Position numbers and translations under genes: made by a program. A stretch of 64,000 nucleotides of DNA from an uncultured Chloroflexia bacterium (GTDB lineage Bacteria > Chloroflexota > Anaerolineae > JAAYZQ01). A model generated the notes under the pieces. The model was not told the DNA's origin. It did not search any database and saw only the letters and a list, made by a program, of their open reading frames with translations. Shown here in pieces: positions 30,209 through 39,832 of this stretch; the first letter of the stretch is position 1; each line of letters begins with the position of its first letter. Where the stretch lies: NCBI GenBank assembly GCA_963700285.1, contig CAVOXA010000001.1, positions 1,344,001-1,408,000 on the forward strand, read 5' to 3'.

Positions 30209-31558
30209 TTGACTGACGGTAGTGGCACCACGAAACACGACAAGGTCACGGGGACAGGGCAGATGCGGCGCTTTGTGGCCGGAGCGATGATCCTCCTGGG
30301 CTTGACTGGCGTGCTTGGTGGGACTCTTGTGGTCAACTGCTCATGTCCTGAGGGCCAATAGGATCATCGTTGCCATTTCTCCGTAGAGACTGTCCCAATC
30401 CCTCATACCAATGTCAATCCCTACGGGGCCAACTTTTTTCTTGACCGGGAAGTTGAGCATTGGAAACAGGAACGGACCCTGGAGATGGCCAGGGCTGTCG
30501 GTGTTGGCTGGGTCAAGCAGTTGTTTGCGTGGGAGGAGATAGAGCCACTACGCAAGGGAGAGTTTGATTGGGCCAAATACGACCGGATCGTGGGCCTCGC
30601 AGAGCAATACGGGATGCAGATCATCGCCCGGCTGGATCGGCCACCAGATTGGACACGGCAGGCCAGTACGGGTGGGGGCAGCCGCTTCAAGACCCGTCCT
30701 CCCGATGACCTAGCCGACTATGGCGATTTCGTGTTTGAGTTTGTCCGGCGCTACAAGGGCCGCGTGCGCCACGTTCAGATCTGGAACGAGCCCAATCTCA
30801 CTGCGGAATGGGGCTTCCAGCGCGTGGACGCCGTCGCCTATACGCGTCTTCTGGAGATTGCCTATCGTCGGGCCAAAGAGGCCGATCCGGAGGTTGTCGT
30901 GCTCAGCGCGCCGCTGGCCATCACCCTGGAGGATGCTTCCATGCGGGGTAACCACAATGACCTCGTTTTTCTCGAGCAGATGTATCAGGCAGGTGCCGGT
31001 GACTATTTTGATATCCTATCGGCCAATGCCTTCGGCCTGGATCTTCCTCCTGAAGATCCACCGGATCCTAACGTGCTCAATTTTCGCCGGGTCGAATTAC
31101 AGCGGCAGATCATGGAGCAGTATGGGGACGAGAACAAGCCAATCTGGGTAAACGAGTATGGCTGGAATGCCCCTCCCACGTCATTTCCACGAGATCTCCT
31201 GACTTGGGAGAGTGTGACGGAAGCTGAACAGGCCGAATTTACCGTGCGAGGCATCGCCTGGGCTCGGGAACACTGGCCCTGGCTGGGTGTGGTCAATATC
31301 TGGTACTTTCGACAGGTGGGCGATGTTCCTCCTGACCGCCCGGCCTACTATTTTGCCTTGGTGGATCCAGAGTTCAACCCCCGGCCGGTCTATCTGGCGC
31401 TGCAAGCGGCTACGCAGGAGAGGGTGATGCCACTGGGACAAGGCGCTTCTCACTCCCGCCCACAGCCAATGAACGCGGTTCCGGTGTATTTGCTCTGGGG
31501 GCTGTCTGGCGGATTGGTCCTCGCTGGGGGGATTTTGTGGGTCAGATCTCGCAGATAA
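30209..31558 (+). CDS. Clan GH-A (GH5/GH39-like) glycoside hydrolase with N-terminal TM segment and C-terminal TM plus basic tail; in-frame TAG at 30359-30361
   Basis: Motifs PYGANFF, WVKQLFAWEEIEP, QIWNEPNL, PIWVNEYGW. ORFs 30176-30361 and 30485-31558 are in the same frame and separated only by one TAG. Confidence 0.75.
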
Positions 31559-31576
31559 GCCACAGGGCGTGGCTTG

Positions 31577-32884
31577 CTAGCGAAGTATTGATTCAATGCC
31601 ACGCTGGATGTTGGCTGCCGTAGTCTCGGCACCCTGATCGCCTGCCAGCATGCTGTTCACCTCGGTGTGGATCGCCTCGGAGAGCAGCGCGTATTCGGCT
31701 AGCGACGGGCGAGACTTGGCATCGACAAGGACGGTGGCCAGGATCTCCAGGAGCGGTGAGCGTTCAAGGAGTGCTACATCCTCATAGGCCGCTGTCAAAA
31801 CTGGAGGTTGGTTGGCGGCTAGTGCCATGTGGGCCTGTTGTTCATAGCCGGCCAGAAACGCCATGAACTGCAGGGCCTGCTCTGGATGCAGGCTGTGGCT
31901 GGACAGAGCCAAGCTCTGCCCACCCAAGCAGGAGGCCGGCAGCGCTGCCATACCAACCTTCCCCGCTACTGGCGAGTCCTCGCTATTAACATAATCCCAG
32001 GTGGTGGACCAGTGCCGCATGAAGGCGGAGTCACCGTTCCTAAAGGCGGCCAGCGAGGAACCGTCATCGTAGTCTGCGATATCCCGTGGAGACGCGCCCG
32101 AGGCAACGAGATCACGCATCTGTTCAAGCGCAGACCGGGTTTGGGGACTGTCAAAAACGATGTTGCCGTCACTGTCAAAGACGTCTCCGCCGTGGCTCCA
32201 GATCTGTTCGAGTGTGTTGCAGGTCAGGTTCTCGTCGGCTGTACCTTGCCAGACATAACCTTCGGGAAGGCCTTCCCTCTCTGTGATCCCGAGGGCTACC
32301 TGCTGCAAGTCGGCCCATGTGGATGGTGGGTCGTAGCCATACGCGTCCAGCAGATCGCGACGATAGTAGAGCAGCCCAGCATCGGCTACCCACGGAAGAG
32401 CCACCAGGTGTCCCCGAAACTCGTTGGCCTGGATCGTACCTGGCAGGAAGGCGCTTGGCTCAATCCCAAGCGACTCGCTCCGTTCTTCAAGCGGAACGAG
32501 GCTACCTCCTGCCGCAAACTCGGCTGGCCAGGTGGCGTCAAGCAGGAGGATATCCAGGCTGGTATCCCCTTTGCCAAGCCTATCTGCGACCCATTCGCGG
32601 CGTTGGACGCTGTCTTTTGGGGCGCGAACAACCTCGACCTTGACGTCAGTGTTGAGGGCCTCGTAGCGGGCAATGAGTTCATCCAGGGCAGCTAGCCTCT
32701 CCCGAGAAAAATTACCGGCCAGGGAGAGCGTGATCGGCAGAGGTATTGGGACGGTTACGGTCGGCGCAGGACCGCTGGGCAAAGGGGTGACCTCGACCGG
32801 GGTTGATCCGCACCCAACTATCGTGCAACCCAGGAGGAAGATGAAGAGGGCTACCCCAGGCCAAAGATGTCTCTGTTTGGTCAC
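31577..32884 (-). CDS. Sugar ABC transporter extracellular solute-binding lipoprotein
   Basis: GTG start overlapping the cyoE stop, lipobox TIVGC. Motifs DILLLDATWPAEFA, LLYYRRDLL, PPSTWADL, AFMRHW, LGGQSLAL. Confidence 0.85.
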   Translation of the reverse strand: MTKQRHLWPGVALFIFLLGCTIVGCGSTPVEVTPLPSGPAPTVTVPIPLPITLSLAGNFSRERLAALDELIARYEALNTDVKVEVVRAPKDSVQRREWVADRLGKGDTSLDILLLDATWPAEFAAGGSLVPLEERSESLGIEPSAFLPGTIQANEFRGHLVALPWVADAGLLYYRRDLLDAYGYDPPSTWADLQQVALGITEREGLPEGYVWQGTADENLTCNTLEQIWSHGGDVFDSDGNIVFDSPQTRSALEQMRDLVASGASPRDIADYDDGSSLAAFRNGDSAFMRHWSTTWDYVNSEDSPVAGKVGMAALPASCLGGQSLALSSHSLHPEQALQFMAFLAGYEQQAHMALAANQPPVLTAAYEDVALLERSPLLEILATVLVDAKSRPSLAEYALLSEAIHTEVNSMLAGDQGAETTAANIQRGIESILR

Positions 32885-33801
32885 AGTAGCTGGTCGACTA
32901 TCATCCCAGCGAACACTGCTGCCAGGTAAAGGCTTGACAGCTTGAACATCCGCCATGCGTTGTGCTCTGTGGGCTTGAGCATCAGGTACCCGTGCCCGAT
33001 CAGTGCGACGATACCGCCGGCAATGGCAATGGCAAAGTAAATGGGACCGAACTGGCCTGCATAACCGAGCAGGAGGGACTCTGCGACCATGAACACGACG
33101 CTCATGGCGATCAGACCTACGGCCCTTTGCAGATTTGTCACCACAGGCAGCATCGGTACACTGGCTCGAGCATAGTCCTCTCGGTAGCGAATGGCCAGGT
33201 TCCAGATGTGGTTGGGGGTCCAGGTGATGACCAACAGACTCATAAGTACGGGCGTCCAGGTGACATTGCCTTGAACGACTGCCCAGCCGAAAAGAACAGG
33301 CATACCGCCGCTGAGAGAACCCAATAGGATGTTGGTACATGAGCGGCGCTTGGCCAATAGGCTGTAGACCACCACGTTGTCGAAAAGGCCCAAGAACATC
33401 CAGAGCGCGGCAAGAGGATTGAACAGGAAAGAGAGTCCCAGAGCCAGGATTGCCAGGAACAGACCCCACACGAGGGCTTTTTCAGGTGGACTGATGCGCT
33501 TGCCCGGCAGAGGACGTCCCTTTGTTCGATCCATGATCGCGTCAATGTCGCGATCGATGTAGCAGGTCAGCGTATCGGCGGCAGCACAACCAGCCGAAAT
33601 TGCCAGCAAAGCCAAGACCCAGCCACCCAGCGACAGGTTTCCCACGCCTCCGGCTGCGACCATGGACCCTATGCAGGTGAAGACAAGAAGTGCGACGGTG
33701 CTGGGTTTCGTAACCTCAACGTACTTCCACATTCTGGCGCGCCAGCTCTGAGACTCGCGGGCGAGAGCCAGGCGGCCAGTCTTTGTCGACTCGTCGATCA
33801 T
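32881..33801 (-). CDS. cyoE: Protoheme IX farnesyltransferase (heme o synthase)
   Basis: Motifs VTKP, YIDRDIDAIMDRTKGRPLP, WTPNHIWNLAIRYREDYARASVPMLPV, FKLSSLYL. Confidence 0.92.
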   Translation of the reverse strand: MIDESTKTGRLALARESQSWRARMWKYVEVTKPSTVALLVFTCIGSMVAAGGVGNLSLGGWVLALLAISAGCAAADTLTCYIDRDIDAIMDRTKGRPLPGKRISPPEKALVWGLFLAILALGLSFLFNPLAALWMFLGLFDNVVVYSLLAKRRSCTNILLGSLSGGMPVLFGWAVVQGNVTWTPVLMSLLVITWTPNHIWNLAIRYREDYARASVPMLPVVTNLQRAVGLIAMSVVFMVAESLLLGYAGQFGPIYFAIAIAGGIVALIGHGYLMLKPTEHNAWRMFKLSSLYLAAVFAGMIVDQLL

Positions 33802-33894
33802 TGCAGAATCTCCTCAGTGATCCTTGCTTCCATCTGGAGAGGGAATTATAGCGGAAAAGAAGAAAGCGGTCAACTGGCAGAGCGGCTTTGAGTT

Positions 33895-33924
33895 TTGACA
33901 GTGAGTGTTCTTCCGTGGTAGAAT
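33895..33924 (+). promoter_or_regulatory. Promoter for the response regulator
   Basis: TTGACA-18 nt-TAGAAT with an extended -10 TG. Confidence 0.5.
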
Positions 33925-33962
33925 GATCGAGTCACCAGAAAAGCTACGCGCAACGGAGCGAG

Positions 33963-34613
33963 ATGGGCAAGATACGGGTTCTATTGGCAGACGATCACGC
34001 GGTCCTACGGGATGGGCTACAGGCGCTGCTGGCCGAGCATGAGGCGATTGAAGTGGTGGGCCAGGCGTCCGATGGTCTTGAGGCCATTCGCCAAGCCCGT
34101 GAGCTGCAACCGGATGTTGTAGTGATGGATATTGGGATGCCGTGCGTCAATGGCCTGGAAGCCACTTGGAGGGTACTGAAAGAGTGTCCAGCGTGCCGTA
34201 TCCTTATTCTCAGCCAGCATGATGACAGCGATCATGTGCTGGATGCCCTGTCAGCCGGTGCTGCGGGTTACCTGCTCAAGCGTGCGGCTGGTGCCGAATT
34301 GGCTGAGGCCATCCAGGCGATATCGCAGGGCGGCGTGGTGCTTGATCCCCTCGCAGCTCGGATCCTCGTGGACGCTTACCGGCAGTGCGAGCGTGCCCAA
34401 AAGGTGGATAGCTATGAACATCTCACGGACCGAGAACGCCAAGTTTTGATCCTCGTGGCTGAGGGTCACACCAGCCAACAGATCGCCCAGATGCTGCATG
34501 TGAGTCCCAAGACGGTGAACGCACATCGCACAAGCCTGATGTCAAAGCTGGACCTTCACGATCGGACTGAGGTTGTCAAGTACGCACTACGTAAGCAACT
34601 CATCGATCTGTAG
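33963..34613 (+). CDS. NarL/NreC-family (LuxR HTH) response regulator
   Basis: Motifs LADDHAVLRDG, DVVVMDIGMP, GYLLK, LTDRERQVL..GHTSQQIA..SPKTVNAHR. Confidence 0.92.
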   Translation: MGKIRVLLADDHAVLRDGLQALLAEHEAIEVVGQASDGLEAIRQARELQPDVVVMDIGMPCVNGLEATWRVLKECPACRILILSQHDDSDHVLDALSAGAAGYLLKRAAGAELAEAIQAISQGGVVLDPLAARILVDAYRQCERAQKVDSYEHLTDRERQVLILVAEGHTSQQIAQMLHVSPKTVNAHRTSLMSKLDLHDRTEVVKYALRKQLIDL

Positions 34614-34695
34614 GGGGACCTTGGGTGCTACTGTTGCTGGCCTTCGCCGCCTGGGTTGTTACAGGTTTCACAATCTATCTGGGAATTGGTGTTGA

Positions 34696-34743
34696 GAATA
34701 GGGTTGTTACCCTATTCACAAATCAAGATAAGTGTGCTATAAT
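34696..34743 (+). promoter_or_regulatory. fdn operon promoter with an NreC/NarL-like palindromic operator
   Basis: Perfect inverted repeat GAATAGGGT-tgtt-ACCCTATTC (34696-34717) abutting TTCACA-17 nt-TATAAT with an extended -10 TG. Confidence 0.7.
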
Positions 34744-34784
34744 CGGTTCGCCTGGGAAGAGTCTTGCTCCCGGGAGTATGTTTT

Positions 34785-34897
34785 GGTCTCCGAGCCTACC
34801 TGCCTACAGAGTGGGCCCACAGTGGGATTGCTCCAGGGCAGGAGGTCGATAGGGTGCAGTGGGAAACGGCTGCGCCTCCCGGATTGGAAAGGGGATC
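34785..34897 (+). ncRNA. Molybdenum/tungsten cofactor (Moco/Tuco) riboswitch
   Basis: P1 GGTCTCC/GGGGATC, and conserved CTCCGAGC..AGGGTGCAG..GAAAC..CTGCGCCTCCCG..TTGGAAAGG matching the Moco RNA motif, upstream of a Mo/W enzyme. Confidence 0.8.
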
Positions 34898-35033
34898 GAT
34901 GGCTGGTTGTAGTGCCAGCTATCTATTCCCTTTTTTGACAAGGTATTGGACTGGCGATTCGAGAAAGGAGGTAGCTACTCAGATACTGTGTGTGCCTTGA
35001 GGTTCTAGAACACGAGGAGGTGTAAGAAAAGCT

Positions 35034-38000
35034 ATGGAGCTATCGCGAAGAGATTTCATGAAACTGTCTGGAGCAAGCAGCCGGAGGCCTTTTCCTGCCG
35101 GCCGGTTTTGCGGCGACAGCGGCAGCCGAGGCGGGTGGTCTTTCCCGCTCCACAAGCCGATCGGTGAGGCAGCAACGATCTGCCCCTACTGCTCCTGCGG
35201 CTGTGGATTGCTGATCGCCACCGGGCCAGATGGACACATCATCAACTCGAGGGCGACCCAGACGACCATCAACAACCGGGGCGCGCTGGATCCCAAGTCG
35301 ATCTCGGTGCGCTCGCTGTCCCAGAGCGACCGGCGCCTGAACAAAGCCCATGTACCGGGCACCCGGCAGCGACAAGTTCGAGGAAGTAGAGTGGGACTGG
35401 GCCATCGATACGAGGTCGCCAAGCGGATCAAGAAGACCCGCGACGAGACCTTTCGAGAAGACGAATGCCAACGGCGTGACGGTCAATCGCACGCAGGCGA
35501 TCGCCTTCATGGGCGGCGCGGCCAACAACGACGAGGAGTGCTACCTCGCCGTCAAGCTGGCTCGCGCCCTGGGCCTGGTGTACATCGAACACCAGGCACG
35601 CATATGACACTCTGCCACTGTGGCCGGTCTGGCCACAACATTCGGGCGGGGTGCAATGACCAATCACTGGGTGGACCTCAAAAACGCCGACGTGATCATG
35701 ATCAACGGCTCCAACGCGGCGGAGAACCACCCGGCCTCGATGGCCTGGGTCAACAAGGCCCGCGACGAGCGCAAAGCCAAGTTGATCGTCGTCGATCCCC
35801 GCTTCACCCGCAGTGCGGCCAAGGCCGATATCTATGCCCCCATCCGCAGCGGCACGGACATCGCCTTCTACGGCGGCCTGATGAAGTACGTCATCGACAA
35901 CAACCTCTACCACGAGGAGTATGTGGTCCACTTTACCAACGCCGCCACCCTGATCAACCCCGAGTTCCAGGGTCCGGAAGACCTGGACGGGTCTTTTCTC
36001 CGGCTTTCGGACGACGACGGCGACGGCTTTGGCACCTACGCACGACCGGTCGACCTGGGCCTACCAGACCGATGCCGACGGCAATCCCCTGCGCGATGAG
36101 ACGCTCCAGGATCCCAACTGCGTCTTCCAACTGCTGAAGAAGCACTATCCGCGCTACGACCTGGACATGGTGTCGGCCATCACCGGCTGCCCCAAGGACA
36201 AGCTGGAGGAGGTGTACGATGCCTATGCCATCCACGGGCCAGCCGGACAAGACGGGCGACGATCCTGTACGCCATGGGCCAGACGCAGCACACGGTCGGC
36301 TCGCAGAACGTGCGCTGCATGGCCATGATCCAGCTGCTGCTGGGCAACATCGGACGGCCGGCGGCGGCGTGAACGCGCTGCGCGGCGAGAGCAACGTGCA
36401 GGGCTCGACCGACATGGCCATGCTGGCCCACATCATCCCGGCCTACATGTCCACGCCCGAACGCGGGAAGCCACCCGAACCTGGCCAGGCCTACCTCGAG
36501 GAGGAGACGCCCAAGACCAGCTACTGGTGCCAACAAGCCCAAGTTCCTGATCAGCCTGCTGAAGGCCTGGTGGGGCGACCATGCCACCGCGGACAACGAC
36601 TTTGCCTACGACTACCTGGGCAAGGTCGAGAGCGCGGCCAACCACTACTGGATCGCCCTGTTTGAGGCCATGCACGCCGGCACGATCAAGGGCTGCCTGG
36701 CTCCTGGGCCAGAACCCGGCGGTGGGCGGCCCCAACGCCCGCTTTGAGCGCGAGGCCCTGGAAAAGCTGGACTGGATGGTGGTCCAGGAGATCTTCCAGA
36801 CGGAGACGGTCGACTTCTGGAAGGCGCCGGGCACGAACCCGGCGGAGATCAAGACCGAGGTCTTTGTCCTGCCGGCGGCCGATGCCATGGAAAAAGAGGG
36901 CAGCATCGTCACCAGCGGGCGCCTGATCCAGTGGCGGCCCAAGGTGGCCGAAGCACCCGGCGAGGCCCTGCCCGACCACGACATCCAGAACCTGATCGGC
37001 CTCAAGCTGAAGGAGCTGTACGCCGCCGAGCCGGGCCCCTTTGCCGACCCCATCACGAACTCTGACCTGGGACTATGGCGGCGGGCCGGTCCATCCCGGT
37101 CGTCGGCGAGATGGTGGATATCGACAAGGTGGCCCACGAGATCAATGGCTATGCCATGGAGGACGTGCTGGATGACGACGGCAACGTCGTCGCCAAGAAG
37201 GGCGATCTGCTCAAGACCTTTGGCGCAGCTCACGGCCGATGGCAAGACGGCGTGCGGCAACTGGCTCTACGTGGGCTACTACTATCCGATGGCGGATGGC
37301 GAGGGCAACACCCTGCCGGCCAGCAAGCGGCGCGGCCAGAAGGACCCCGGTGGCCTGGGCATCTATCCCTACTGGGCCTACTCCTGGCCGGTCAACCGGC
37401 GCATCATCTACAACCGCTGCTCGGCCGACTCCAAGGGCAATCCCTGGCCCGGCGGCAAGGACCTGATCTGGTGGGATGCGGCCAGAGCAAGTGGACCGGC
37501 TACGACGTGCCCGACTTTGCCGGCGACCAAGGGCCCGGACGATCCCGGCTTCAACGATCCCTTCATCATGAAGACCGATGGCAAGGGCTGGCTCTTTGGC
37601 GCGCTGAACGAAGGACCGTTCCCCACCCACTACGAGCCGGTGGAGTCGCCGACGACCAACGCCCTGTACTCCAGCCAGCAGAACAACCCGGCTATCAAGG
37701 TCTGGCAGACGAACGAGGGACAGGACATCGGCGACAGCTATGGGCGATCGCCGGACAAGTTCCCCATCGTGGCCACGACCTACCGTGTTGTGGAGCACTG
37801 GCAGGCGGGCGGCATGTCCCGCTGGCTGGAGTGGCTGGCCGAAGCTCAGCCCGACATGTTCGTGGAGATGAGCGAGGAGCTGGCCGCAGGAGAAGGGGAT
37901 CAAGAACGGCGAGCTGGTCAAGGTCAGGTCGGCACGAGGCGAGATCGAGGCGGTGGCCATCGTCACCAAGCGCTTCAAGACCTTCCAGGTGAATGGCAAG

Positions 38001-38170
38001 GACGGTCCACCAGGTGGGCATGCCCTGGCACTTTGGCTGGGGCGGCGGCGGTGAGCTGGAGGCGCTGGCCAAGGGGGCAGCGGCCAACGATGCTGACGCC
38101 GCACGTGGGCGATGCCAACACCACGATCCCGGAATACAAGGCGTTCCTCGTGAACGTGGAGAAGGCGTAG
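35034..38170 (+). CDS. fdnG: Formate dehydrogenase alpha subunit, Tat-exported selenoprotein; many frameshifts, probably sequencing errors
   Basis: Tat signal SRRDFMK, CPYCSCGCG, HQARI-U-HSATVAGLATTFGRGAMTNHW, NAAENHP, RSGTDIAF, GGVNALRGESNVQGSTD, GPFPTHYEPVESP, TTYRVVEHW, PHVGDANTTIPEYKAFLVNVEK. Confidence 0.9.
35605..35637 (+). other. In-frame UGA (selenocysteine) with bacterial SECIS hairpin
   Basis: TGA at 35605-35607 lies at the Mo/W-ligand position. Hairpin TGTGGCC-ggtct-GGCCACA at 35619-35637. Confidence 0.88.
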
Positions 38171-38180
38171 GGGGTGCAAA

Positions 38181-38998
38181 ATGGCTGACAGACTTGCAAT
38201 GTACATCGACACGTCCAAGTGCATGGCCTGCCGTGGCTGCCAGGTGGCCTGCAAGCAGTGGAACGACCACCTGGGCTACGTCCCGGCGAGCGCGAGACGA
38301 GGAACATCGGCACCTACGAGAATCCCCTGTCGCTCGATCCGCAGACCTGGACGCGCATCAAGTTCACCGAGTACGACGATCCGAGATCGCGGTTCCAGTG
38401 GCTGTTCCTGAAAGAGGGTGCATGCACTGCACCGAGGCGGCCTGTGTGGACGTCTGCCCCACCGGCGGCGCTCAAGTACGGTCCCATGGGCATCATCACC
38501 TTCGAGCGCGAGCTGTGCAACGGCTGCGGCTACTGCAGCCAGTTCTGCCCCTTTGGGGTGCCGCAGCTGGAGGTGCTCAACGCCCTCACCGGCGAGGCCA
38601 AGAGTTCCAAGTGTGTCTTCTGCCAGGATCGGACGACGAACGGTCTGAAGCCAGCCTGTGTCAAGACCTGCCCGGCCGGGGCGCTGGACTGGGGCGACCG
38701 CGACGCAATGATCGCCAAGGCCGAAGCCCGTGTCGAGGAGCTCAAGGCCGAGCGGGGCTTTCCCAAGGCCAACGTCTATGGCAAGACCGAACTCGGCGGC
38801 TTGGGACGGATCTATGTGCTGACGGCCCCGGCGGCGGCCTATGACCTGCCCGAGGATCCCAAGTATCCGGCCATGAGCACGCTGGGCAAAAGATCCTCCA
38901 GCCGGTGGGGCAGGTCGCCTTTGGCGCGACCGTCGTCGGCGCGATTGCGGCCTTCTTTATCGCCCGGCGCAACGTTGCACATGGAGGAAGTAGAATGA
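38181..38998 (+). CDS. fdnH: Formate dehydrogenase beta (4Fe-4S) subunit, frameshifted
   Basis: Motifs IDTSKCMACRGCQVACKQWN, CMHCTEAACVDVCPTG, CNGCGYCSQFCPF, KCVFCQDR..PACVKTCPAGAL. C-terminal TM segment. Confidence 0.88.
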
Positions 38999-39719
38999 GC
39001 GTCAGATTGAAGAGGTACAGACTCGGCCATCGCAGATCCGCTGGATCCCCAAGTACACCACCCTGGAACGGCTCCTGCACTGGGTCCATACGGCCACGCT
39101 TCCTCCCCCTGGCGCTGACGGGCTTTGTGCTCTTTGCTCCCTGGCTGCAGCCGATGGCCCAGAGCGAAGCCGGGCATCCACATCCGGCTGCTGCACCGCG
39201 TCGCAGCCGTCTTCTTTGGCGGCGTGCCCATCCTCTACACCATCCTGCAGCCCCGGCGGATGCTGATGAACCTGAAAGAGTTCCTGAGCTTTGGCAAGTA
39301 CGACCTCCTCTGGCTCAAAGCGGCCGATTCCCTACTATGTGCTGGGCGCCACGACGAGATGCCGCCCCAGCCCCGCTTCAACACCGGTGAGCGGCTGACG
39401 GCCGTCGTCATGGTCCTGGGCACGCTCACCTTTGGCATCACCGGCCTGTCGATGTGGTTCCTGAAGGGGATCATGCCACCGTGTCCTGTTCCAGTTGACG
39501 GTGCTCGTCCACGACCTGATGTTCATCGTCACCTTTGCCATGTTCATCGTCCACTTTTACCTGGCGGTGGTCCATCCCATGATGTGGCAGAGCCTGGTGA
39601 GCATGCGCTACGGCGTCGTGTCGGAGTCGTACGCCCGCGAGCACCACGCCATGTGGTACTATGGCGAGAAGCGGGCCAAGGAGATGTGGGAACAGCAGCC
39701 AGGCAGAGGCGGACATTAG
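38995..39719 (+). CDS. fdnI: Formate dehydrogenase gamma (cytochrome b) subunit, frameshifted
   Basis: ATGA overlap with fdnH. Fragments ERLLHWVH, LHRVAA, PPQPRFNTGE, LVHDL..IVHFYL, SMRYGVVSESYAREHHAMWY. Confidence 0.85.
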
Positions 39720-39832
39720 CTGCCTGCAGCAAGCGAGGGGACTGAGGGGCCTGGAGGTCGGAGGGGAGGAGCCTCCTCCGTGCCCTCTGGGTCTCTCGGC
39801 CCCTCTTCGTTTGTGGATGGAGACGGAACGGT

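Noticed and set aside
32885-33469. N-terminal extension of the 630-aa ORF 31577-33469
   Set aside because: It overlaps cyoE in another frame. The real start is GTG 32884, just before the lipoprotein signal.
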